From assembly GCA_010909165.1 (NCBI GenBank), contig MU008154.1, positions 434,001 to 498,000 of the forward strand: a DNA stretch of 64,000 nt. The letters run 5' to 3'. The stretch's first letter is position 1. Each line of letters opens with the position of its first letter. Below, piece by piece: positions 50,358 through 60,482 of this stretch. Under the pieces are notes generated by a model, which had not been told where the DNA came from, did no database searches, and saw nothing but the letters and a program-made list of their open reading frames with translations. The stretch comes from Anthoceros angustus. Lineage: Eukaryota > Plantae > Anthocerotophyta. Position numbers and translations under genes: made by a program.

Positions 50358-50505
50358 AGCAGCATCAATGACCGAGGCCATTTTGGCTATCTGATCCACA
50401 CCAATCGAAAGGGAAGCAGGAACAGTGGCAACAATAACATTGATACGCTGCTTTCCCAGACTCAAATCCACACCTTGACATCTGCATCTTTCCATTATCC
50501 CACCT
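50358..50505 (-). pseudogene. Diverged tandem copy of the last ~50 codons of the 7-TM gene
   Basis: Aligns with 50527-50677 with many substitutions (INVIVATVPASLSIGVDQIAKM vs [22 protein letters not shown]). Confidence 0.8.
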
Positions 50506-50535
50506 GCGAGTGACGGGGTAAGCTCAGTAGCAGCA

Positions 50536-52425
50536 TCATTTACCAAGGCCATTTTGAGCAATCTGACCCACACCAATCGAAAGGGAAGCCGTAACAGTAG
50601 CAACAATAACACTGATAAGCTGCTCCCCAGCCTCAAATCCACAGATAGACATCTGCATCTTTCCGTTATCCCACTTGACAGCTTCAGCGATGAAGGTCAT
50701 CATGTCCACAGCCGTCTTGGCCTTAGCGAGCTCTTCTGCAGACATCCATTTATGGTTCAACCTGATCCTTCTCTGTAAGCTGAGCTTCCAGTGAGCTAAC
50801 GTGGCTCCATGATGGATGCGAGTCAGGTTGACATCTCCACCGGGCCACACCATAAGAGCCAGAAGAAACAGGAAGACGTAGATGCTGAAGGTTACAGTGA
50901 TCAGAACATACAGATCTTCCCTTTTGATACCGGCAAAAAGCCTCAGCCCCACATAGAAAAGCAAGATACCGCAGTAGCAGGCAAAGTAGGTGGTGTAGAA
51001 CTTGATCCTTCTGTGAAATCCAAGACCAAAGTTCTGAGCCATCTGTCGACAAATCCACCAGGCTAAGAGCGTCTCAGGATCTGTGAAATCCACCACAATC
51101 CCAGGCCCAGAGAGGGCTGTGCTGCTGCGGCTGCTACGGCTGCTACGGCTGCCTCGGCTGCCTCGGCTGCCAAGACTGCTGCTACTTACGCCGCTTTGGC
51201 TCCTCCTGGCAGATTTCTCCCCCCTGCCATATCTGTCCCCCATGTACACACCGAACCTAAGAAGCTCATCCAGCTTCTGTGACACATAATGCCGCCTTCT
51301 AAAATCCAACACACCTACCATCATGAACGCCACATTGGACCACATGGTGAAGGCAATGAGAGAACAGTTTGCGAAACCAACCAAGTACTTCGCCCAGACG
51401 GGGCCTGGGAATGCACGGCCACCAAAAATAGAACGCCCAATCTCCGGCAAAGCTCCATGCAGCAGGCCCAACCCCACCGAGCACTTCATCAGATGCTGGC
51501 TCAGTAGCGTGTGCCCCACTCTCCTCAATCTGCTGAGACTGGACGACTGCCACAGAATGTGTGCGGCGTACACATGCACAGGCAGGCGGTCATTGCAGGG
51601 CAGGTCCCCAGACTCAGGTAGCCTCACCCACTGGTCCGCCTCCTTCCATAAACTGAGCGTGGTACCTTCCAGACCTCCGCTCACATCATCCACCATATCC
51701 CTAATCGACTCCATCGACTCCCTCGCATTCTCCAGCTTGAAGAACGAGGGCGACAGCGTCTTGCACCTGGCCGCCGACAGGTACAGCTCGGCCTTCAGCA
51801 CATGCTTGGGAATGGGGTCCCGCCAGGACACAAGCAACGTCCTGCTGTCATGCACGTCCACCGGCACCCTCTTGGTCCGCATCTCCTGCATCTCCATCGG
51901 GGACGTGAATGCATACTTGGTCGCCACCACCGAGTTCCGCAACACCCATAGCACATCCACCAATGCCATTTCATAAAAGAAGCTCCAGCTCCTGGCCCGC
52001 ACCACATACATGGCGTTCACCACATTCAGCACATAAAAGCTCGCCGCCATAAACCACTGCACCACACCCACCACCAACTGCTCCCTGGACGCGAACCCAC
52101 GGTTCACCAGCGCCAGCCACCCCCCTTCCATGTACCATATGAGCGGCGCTGACAGCGGGAAGAAGATGTGATACACCAGCTCCTTGAAAAAGGTGGCCTT
52201 GTGAAACTTCACAACAGCCCTGGCCTCCAGATCTGCCACTTTCAACCTCTGCATCTTCACCTTCACGTCCTCCTCCTCCACCTCCTCCTTCTCCCCCTCC
52301 TCCCCATCCTCCTCCCCAATCCCGCAGCACTGTTGCATGAGCTCCTCATACCTTGCACCGGCATCCCCCTCCTCCCGGCTCCCTCCACCCAGCTGCCCGA
52401 AGAAGTCCCTGCTAACACCTGCCAT
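50536..52425 (-). CDS. Intronless 629-aa seven-transmembrane protein, PHTF-like (candidate 7TM ion-channel superfamily member)
   Basis: Intact ATG ORF with about 7 hydrophobic segments, a long loop after TM2, and motifs [40 protein letters not shown] and a C-terminal SICGF..LISVIV. Confidence in the CDS is high; the family call is moderate. Confidence 0.8.
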   Translation of the reverse strand: [629 protein letters not shown]

Positions 52426-53375
52426 GCGAGCTCCGGCACATCAGCACAAACGCATCCTCCCACAAGACCATCCTTGACGCACCCAGCTCAACCACTCCCT
52501 ATGAGAACCCCTACAGTACGCTCCTCTCCCCTGACGACAGCAGCATCTCATAACCTTAATTTGCATCGGGAATCAATCCTCTAAAAGAGTGCATTTCATT
52601 TTCCCCTGAAACCTTGTCAGCAGTGAGAGAGGTAAACAACACCGAGCAGGAGATGGAGGGGAACATGACGCAGCGGTGGCAGTATGGTAAAACAAGACCA
52701 GGGTTACGGAGCGTGAAAGTTCGTGAAAAAGGTCGGTACCCCTACCTGAAAGTTGGATCCACCTCCAGCGGGCTGCCTCGATCCAGGACTCCAGATGCCC
52801 TGGGTGTGACTCCGATCTCCCATGTGGGAATTGCCAGCTCCCCTCTGCAATCAGCAACGCAACCTGCATCCACCAGACCTGATGATTAACAATTGAAACA
52901 AAAAAAAATTACTTTAGTCAGATCCGACAGCATAGAATTTGATGAAGGTGGGAGACAGCTTCTACGAGCCTGCTCTGCTTTGAGAGACTGAGACAGGCGG
53001 GAGCGCAACATGGATTTTAGCATGTTGGAGGATGTGTGGAAGTTTGGCGGAGGAAGGCGGGCAGTAAAAACACATGGCGAAAATTACGGAGAGGTGAAAG
53101 AGGGTGGAAAAAGTAGGTAGGGTATATAAAGCGTGAAGAGGGGCGGAGGTGGGGGGTGGTAGGTAACTGGGAGCGAGAGCGGTTGCCAGAGCGGGGGAAG
53201 GGAAGGGAGGCGCGCGCGGGCCGGGCCGGCTCCACCGCCCGATGGCCGATCGCACGGTGCAGAGGCAGGTATCGTCTGTTACGGCCGTGGCATTTATCCG
53301 CACGCCAACTTCCTCAGGGGCTACTGCTGCTGCGTTGTTGTTGTTGTTGTGGAGGTGGTGCTAGAGCAGAAAATC

Positions 53376-56109
53376 ATGGCAGGTGCGCTGGCGAGCCTGT
53401 GCTTAGAATCTGCGAATGCAAAGAAGGAACGAGTGCAAAAAGCGTTTGCTGATCTTGAGAGCCACAGAGTAGCCATAGCAGCCTGTACAATAGCATGGAA
53501 AGAGTTGGAAGAACACTTTTCTGAGGTTGAAAGAACGCTGAACAAGCGGTTTGAAGAGCTGGCCAGCAAGGAGAAGGCATTTGAGGCCAAGAGCCAGGAA
53601 TTGCAAGGTGTGCTTGACAGGAGAGACGAGGCTGTGGCTGCCAGAGAGCAGGCTTCGCTGTCGCGGGTGCAAGAACAGAAAGATTCTGCAATTGCGGCCA
53701 TCTTTGAGGAGAAACGCAAATGGACCGAGGAGCGACAGCGGATGGATGCTGAAGCCGCTGCTGCCGCCGCCGCTGCCAAGGCTGCTGCTGCTGCCGCTGC
53801 TGCTGCTGCCTCTGCCAAGGCTGCGCAACTCCCTCCTGCTCTTGTCCGTGAATCACCGCCGATTGTGAGCCATGCTGTGGTGGCAGAGGCCGCCAAGCCC
53901 GAATCCTCCCCGCCTGCTGCTGCTGCTGCTGCTGCTCTGGCCGTGGCCAGCTCTCCTGCCCGCTCTCCTGCCGTTGCTGCCGTGCCGATTGCTGCTCCTA
54001 CCCCTGCCTCCCAGGCCATGGAGGTGGATTTCGCTACACCGAAGCCCGCGGTCATCGCCGCTGACAGCGACCTGCACTCTAAACTGGACGCCATCACCTC
54101 CAATGGGCCTGCAAGCAAGGATGCTGCGGGCGCTGGTAAAACACTAGTTCCTGATGTGAGAGTGCGGCCGCAGCTCAAGTCTCTGTGTGAGAGCATGGAT
54201 GGCGATGGGCTCAGAAAGTACATTGTCGACCACCGGAAGGATGTAGGAGTGTTGCGGGCCGAGTTGCCCTCTGCACTTCAGTGTGCCATTGACCCTGCTC
54301 GTCTAGTTCTGTGTGCCTTGGAGGGATACCACCTCCCAGAGCCCGGCGCCAATTCCAACCAAGGGGCTGACAAGAAGGAGTCCGGGGCATCGGCTAATCG
54401 CCGTGCTTGCATTCTTCTTCTGGAGTGCCTTGCTGTGGTTTTGGCTGATCCCGTGCTAGGAGCGGATCACCCTGTGGTACCCTCTAACATCAAGGATTCA
54501 GCCAAGGAGGTCGCTGACCAATGGAGATCCAAGATGAATGTCCATGGAGATGCCGCGTCTGGCAATTCTTTGGACGCACAGGCCTTTCTGCAGCTTCTGG
54601 CAACGTTTGGTATTGCTCCGGAGTATAATGACGATGAGCTGTGTAAACTGGTCACGGCTGTTGCCCGGCGCAGGCAATCACCTGCGCTCTGCCGCTCCCT
54701 TGGACTATCGGCCAAGATTCCAGGTTGGTGTCCTTTTTCCAAAGTCCGGCTATGGCACAAGCAGGGCCTCTTGGATGGTTCCTCTTTGCCTGTCCTCTGT
54801 AGTAGTGGTGACATCTTTATAGGCTTTGCTATCACAAGGCAACTATAGCCCCTATCATGTTTACTCCTTCCTCTCCTTCCCTTTGGTTCAATCTTGTAGC
54901 TCTCACATCATCCAGGGGTGCTATCACCTTTTTCCTTAAGCCTGTTGTCTGTTCCTGAGACCAGTTCTCAAAACTCGTGGGCCTATTCGGATACCACCCA
55001 GATAGGCTTCCTGAAACCCTCTCTAACCAACTTCATGCCTGCTGCTTTCTGTGCACTGCTTGCTGGTTGTGTCAAGTCCCTGTATTGGACAGTAGATGCA
55101 GCTTGGTTTTGGCCTACGTTGTTGAAATGTTTGAAAAACTTAATGGCTGTCATGGTTCTGACCTTCTGTTGGCGGGAGGCAGGTAAGAAGAATTGTTGAC
55201 CAGGGCTGTTGTTTCTTTTTTTTTCTGTTTTGGCCTCTTACTTTCACTGAAGCAGTTGCTTCAAACAGCTAAAGCTTGGTTTACTGCGTGCGTTACCTGT
55301 CTTGTCTTCGTGGGCTCAGATGTGGTGGACAGGTTGGCCAAGGAAGGTAAGCAGATTGAAGCACTCTCGTTTGCACACTCGTTTGGCATCATGGATAGAG
55401 TCCAGCCTGTACCACTGCTCAAGACCTATCTGAAGGAAGCAAGGAAGACAGCTCAATCGATACTCAAAAGTGGCAACAGCTCAGCAGCTGCTCAGGTTTG
55501 TTGAATCATTATGTTAGTGAACAGTAGCTGGACACATGCGATTGTTCTGCTGAAGTGCTTCTTAAATGGCTGCAGAATGATGCGACAATGAAAGAGCTGG
55601 CTGCCTTGAAATCGGTGCTAAAATGCATTGAAGAGTACCAGCTGGAGTCATCTTATCCATCCTCACCGCTTCAAAAGCGTGTAGTTCAATTGGAAAAGGC
55701 TAAGTCTGACAGGAAAAGGGCTGCTGTTGCCGTCAAGGCTCAGACAAAGCGACCTCGGGCAAGTAGTGGGACTGGAGGGGGTTACGGGGGCTCCAATGTG
55801 ACTGAGAGAAGTTATTATAGATCTTCTGAGAGAAGTCCCTATGGTGGGCTAGGTGTCTCATCCTACAGTATAGCTGCTCAAAGCAACTACGACAGACGTA
55901 GCCAAGCAGCCTATAATTCAGGCTATGCAGGAGGGAGTAGAAGCCCAGTGTCTCTATCCAGCTCTTATCTCTATTCAACAGATGGTCTAGGGTCTCCAGT
56001 ATATGGGTCTGCTGCTTACTCAAATCCCACAGCTACCTATAGCAGCTACCAATTCGGAAGCGGTCTGCCTCCCCCTCCTCCTGCTTATCAAGCATCCTTT
56101 TTGCACTAG
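53376..56109 (+). CDS. FRIGIDA-like protein (FRL3/4 type), 3 exons (53376-54723, 55320-55495, 55576-56109)
   Basis: LCESMDGDGLRKYI..ELPSALQCAIDPARLVL, RRACILLLECL, LDAQAFLQLLATFGI, DVVDRLAKEGKQIEALSFAHSFGI, ELAALKSVLKCIEEYQLE. GT-AG boundaries keep the frame. Confidence 0.92.
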
Positions 56110-58181
56110 GAGTGAAGCTGGGTGAGTAGAGCATTTTCATCCTTGTCCTGTGAAAATCTTGATAATACAGGGGCCAAGGGGGAATGTCTCATGTACCGGA
56201 TTCTCAAGGATTCAACCATTGGAGAACTCTGCTGCTGAAGAAGTCAAACAGTGAGTTTCAACCCTTTGAAGGTTACTCTACAGAGCTGGTGGGGCTGGTT
56301 ACCGAGTAGGATCCGGTGATCCTCTCTGTTCAAGTGGCTACAATTTCTAATTTGTACATTACTTTCGAACTAATACCCATTCAAATGTTTGGCTCTCAAT
56401 GCCATGGCTTACACGATGATGGCCAGAATGCTTGTGAAAGCTCTTTTGCTTAAACTGGGCCCGTCATTTTTTCCAATTTATCTCTGTTGGAAGCAGCATG
56501 TCATTGTGGCTATCACTTCAGAAGTTCTTGATGCTAGGGGGAGGCTGTATGTTTGTTGTGGCGTGGGAATTCAGATTCTGGCTCTCGGCTTTTCGAAGGT
56601 AAAGGGTTTTTTATCCTTCATCGCAACCTCGTGGGGTCTGTGCGCGAGTCAAAATGTTTGTCATACATCTCATGCTTCTTTTGGACAGCATGTTCCAAAC
56701 AAGCCATCATCTGCAGAAAATATTGATGCATTGTGATTTGCTTTTCAAATGACTTGCTGGTTTTCCCCTCACCCTACGGACAGTAGCAACAGTGACTTAG
56801 CCCAAAGGCTTGGCATACAGCCGAAGGTTTTTGGGAGATAAAAGAGTTTGCTTTGTGCTGCCCAACGTCTGCAGCTCTTCATTGCTTTGTGCAGCTGCAT
56901 TACAGAAGCAGTTCATCACGTTGCTACGGTGGGGATTCTAAGCACACATTCTCTCTCTGTGTGCACATATGATACTTAACTGAACGCCACACCCCGTTAC
57001 CCTAATGTGCAACTCCGAATCCCTTCTCTGAATGCCATACCAAGCTTGGTCAGCCTGCTACGAGATGCCGAATGTCCTGATCCTGCCTACCGCTTGCTCC
57101 CTCGTGGCGTGATTTGGTTTACAAACATATACATATCCTCAATCATTAGATTGTGCCAAAATGTTTGCTGCCTTTATCAGGAAAGTGATTATCTGGTTTC
57201 GTAGACCAGCAAGACCTACCTTTCCTGCTCCAAAATGTTAGCAATCTACCGACCTAATACAAATTCGTTTCTGAATTTGATATGCATAGCTATGTGATTG
57301 GATGCTTCGCGATGAAGTGTTTCGTACAGAATTGTTCCGCTGAAGTTAGCTTGCACTGAACACTCCGTGGCTGGAGCGATGGCGCCAGTTTGGCGCTCGT
57401 TGCTGAGGCGGCAGCTGTCCAGAGCAACGGCCAAAGTCTGGGGTCGTGTTCTGGGGCACACTCTGCTCCTTAGCCATGGCCGAGGAGGAGCTAGCATCAT
57501 GTACTAAAGCTATGGCAGCTCACTGCTTCAGGTGCGGCACATCTCTATCGTCTTCTTCTTCTTTCTTTCCCCATAGCTCCCTGTAGATTGTCTCGTCTCT
57601 CCAAGCTGTTGCCTTGATTGTATCTGCTCCATAGCGGTCTGCAGCCAAGGATTATAATGCACCCTTATCCACCTCCATGTGCATTACGGGAACAGAACAA
57701 ACCACAATTTTAAAGAGAGCCTTTATTAGGTAGCATTAGCTTTGCTACGCAGCAAGCCACTGGTTTATTTCTTTTAGAGCAACTGTAGAAAGCTTTATAA
57801 ATGAATATGTTGTTACAGACCAACAAGAGCACGACAAGGGCAGACAAAGACTGCCAACACCATAGCATCAGCAGAGCCCACACTAGACGACCAACCGGGC
57901 ACCGACCGAAAAAAAACAAAGCACAAACCCCTCCAGGTAGCAGACACCGACACCAGACCAAGGCCCGAGACACGGGCCAAAGCGCGAAATGGGCGCCAGA
58001 CACGGGCTTGACTTGATACTTCGTACCTCTGACTTGATACTTCATAGCAATTTTATGAAACTCCTTCGGTTTAGAATCAGCCACCAGCAACCTGTAGATG
58101 AGGGAGGTCGCAACATTGAGAAGGGATTTTGAAGCCAGTGGCGCATGTCATGTGCAGGTAACGCACGCAGTAAACCAAGCT

Positions 58182-58510
58182 TTAGCCGTTTGAAGCAACT
58201 GCTTCAGTGACAGTAAGAGGCCAAAACAGACAAAAAAAAGTAACAGCCCTGGTCCACAAGCATGATATGGGGATCATACTCAAGCTTGGTGTGGACCGCC
58301 GGCTTTGTGATCTCAGACACAGGAATCTCCTCGTCGGAGATAGGGAACTCCACGTCCTCTTCATCGCTTTCCGGCTCCTCCTCGTCACTGGAATTCTCAA
58401 TGCCCTCCATGTCCTCTGCCAGCCCACTGCTACTCTCGTAGATATAACCATCATGCTCACTTACTCGCTCAAGAGCATCCACTAGAGCGTCATGAACCTT
58501 TGCGGACAAT
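58182..58510 (-). other. Chimeric junction: BABAM1 piece + unidentified acidic exon fragment + FRIGIDA-like intron piece
   Basis: 58417-58510 matches 11530-11624 in direct orientation. 58250-58416 encodes EDMEGIENSSDEEE..HTKLEYDPHIMLVD (related copies at ~3095-3200 and ~3840-3940). 58182-58255 matches the reverse complement of ~55195-55270. Confidence 0.8.
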
Positions 58511-58682
58511 CTGTTCCAGAATATGTGCATGTTGCTGGCTCATCCTCAGCAGCGGTGTGGACAAGATGATTTTGATGTACACAGATCTGTCGAGGACTGT
58601 ACCTCCATCTGATGTTCCTGTTGGCGGTGCGCTCACCAGGAAAGAAGACAATGAGCAGCTTATGCTGTTGCCTGGTGCTTAA
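58511..58682 (+). pseudogene. Truncated BABAM1 3' end
   Basis: FQNMCMLLAHPQQRCGQDDFDV..RKEDNEQLMLLPGA*, matching 11350-11523 with a frameshift. Confidence 0.85.
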
Positions 58683-59047
58683 AGCAAGAGTGGACGATAC
58701 TGGTAATTGTAGGGCAAGGCAATATTGACTTCCACGTTCCTCTCTTACAGACTCAATTTTCAAGAAAGCAATATGCTTCTTGCAACACGCAATACTGTAC
58801 AAAATGTATTTTTCTGTACGCAGCTCAGAGAAGCAGTCTCAGCACAAGTGCAGCTGCCTGCCCGTGAGTTACGCACTAGTGCTTGCACAGGACTTCAGAA
58901 AGGCAAGCAGAAGTAGCCCGGTCAAGCACAATCTTGCCACAAAGCCACTTCATCAACAGAGCCCTTGCTGACAGTGCATGCCCAGCTATCAGCCTCAGGG
59001 CATTCCGTGTCCCCACCTCTTTTCAGTTCAAACCGTGAATGACCCAG

Positions 59048-59168
59048 CGTGCATCTTATTGCCAGCAACCCCTCTGCTTGCACCGCCGACAACCCCAGCT
59101 GCTCCTGCAAAGCATGCGACGCCCCTGTAGCATCCTTAGCAGACCGGATCATCCCCACCGCCTGATCC
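59048..59168 (-). pseudogene. gyrA exon fragment, second copy
   Basis: DQAVGMIRSAKDATGASHALQEQLGLSAVQAEGLLAI. Confidence 0.6.
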
Positions 59169-59578
59169 AACCTCTGCAGCCCAATGAAAACCCCTGAAAT
59201 CCTTCTCTATCGCATTCATCTCGACTACAGCAGACCACCCTTGGGTTCAGGGTTTAACGCTTTTCAGACCTCGAAAGTGCAAACAACACAAATGCAATCC
59301 GTACATCCGGACAGTTGGAAGATCAGGGCACGCAAGCCACACAGACTGTTGGTGAGACGAGATAAGAGCAAGTTTGAAGGATTGAAGAAATTCCACTAAA
59401 AGGACGGATGACCGTCAAGTACATAGATTGTCATAATATGTGGATTAAGTAGGTAGTCTAAAACTAAAACTACAACTAAAACCAAACTATAATAATCATG
59501 ACTTGAGTCATCTTTCACGAGTTGCATACCTCTCAAACTCTTTTCCTTTTCATCCATCACCCATTCCAAACGACGTCA

Positions 59579-60220
59579 CTAATCCTCTATGTCAGAAGTC
59601 GTCGGCTCACACTTAGAACAACTACCATGGCAATTATGTAACGGATAGCAACGATTGCGCCTTGAAGCACATGATACCTTTCTCGTCCTCATTGCAGCCC
59701 TAGCCCTTGCTTTTTTCGTTGCCTGTTCCAATTTGTTGGACAGTTGGCGGTATTTACTGATTTCAAGCATCTCATCTCTAGCATCAATAACTAACTTCCG
59801 AGCTTTTTCTACACCCTCCTCACGATTCTTCACAGAATCGAGTTGACCAGCCAGCATCCTCGATGCTTCGATGATGTCTTGTCGCTGCGCATCCTGGTCT
59901 AGATTAAGAATTCTTAACCATCGCAAGAAGGGTGTAGGTTCTTCATTCGCTATTTCAACATCCAAAACCTTCAACAAGTCAATACATGACTTGTGCCGGG
60001 AAGAAAGACGCAACACCTTCAATCTAGGCTTCCGATGACGCAACGCTGCTTCCATCTTCCATCGAGCCACCTCAAGACGCACCGCTACTTCCACCCTCAA
60101 TCTAGCCACCTTAAGGCAATCAAGTCTAAATTCATCCCTACCAGAGTTAGCACGTCTTCGGATCTCTCGGGCCAAGGCCAACAAGGAAACAACGCTAGGT
60201 CTCGCCATCTTGAAGAACAT
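59579..60220 (-). CDS. Hypothetical 213-aa basic coiled-coil protein with a C-terminal Cys cluster, divergent from the PPR gene
   Basis: Intact ATG ORF, R/K/E-rich and helical-looking, ending CASRRNRCYPLHNCHGSCSKC. It shares a ~260-bp AT-rich spacer with the PPR gene. Confidence 0.5.
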   Translation of the reverse strand: MFFKMARPSVVSLLALAREIRRRANSGRDEFRLDCLKVARLRVEVAVRLEVARWKMEAALRHRKPRLKVLRLSSRHKSCIDLLKVLDVEIANEEPTPFLRWLRILNLDQDAQRQDIIEASRMLAGQLDSVKNREEGVEKARKLVIDARDEMLEISKYRQLSNKLEQATKKARARAAMRTRKVSCASRRNRCYPLHNCHGSCSKCEPTTSDIED

Positions 60221-60482
60221 AAAATATGAGAAGGCAGAATTTGTTTGACCATGAAATATGCCAACATACGCCTTACATAAATACGCTTAGCATGCCTAAT
60301 ATTTTCGAGAACACTTGTCTGAAAACTGGAGAGGAACATAAATGAAATATATTAATATATAAATAACTAAATAATATTAATTTGTATAAAAAGTATATAA
60401 TATGAAAGCATGCCTTATATGTATTTTATATAGGTACCTACCTACATAATATAGTCTAAGGTAGATACTAGTAACCTACGTC

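Noticed and set aside
57472-57640. MAEEELASCTKAMAAHCF..DCLVS resembling an AMMECR1 N-terminus
   Set aside because: It needs a frameshift at the splice site and no downstream AMMECR1 motifs were found; too short to support.
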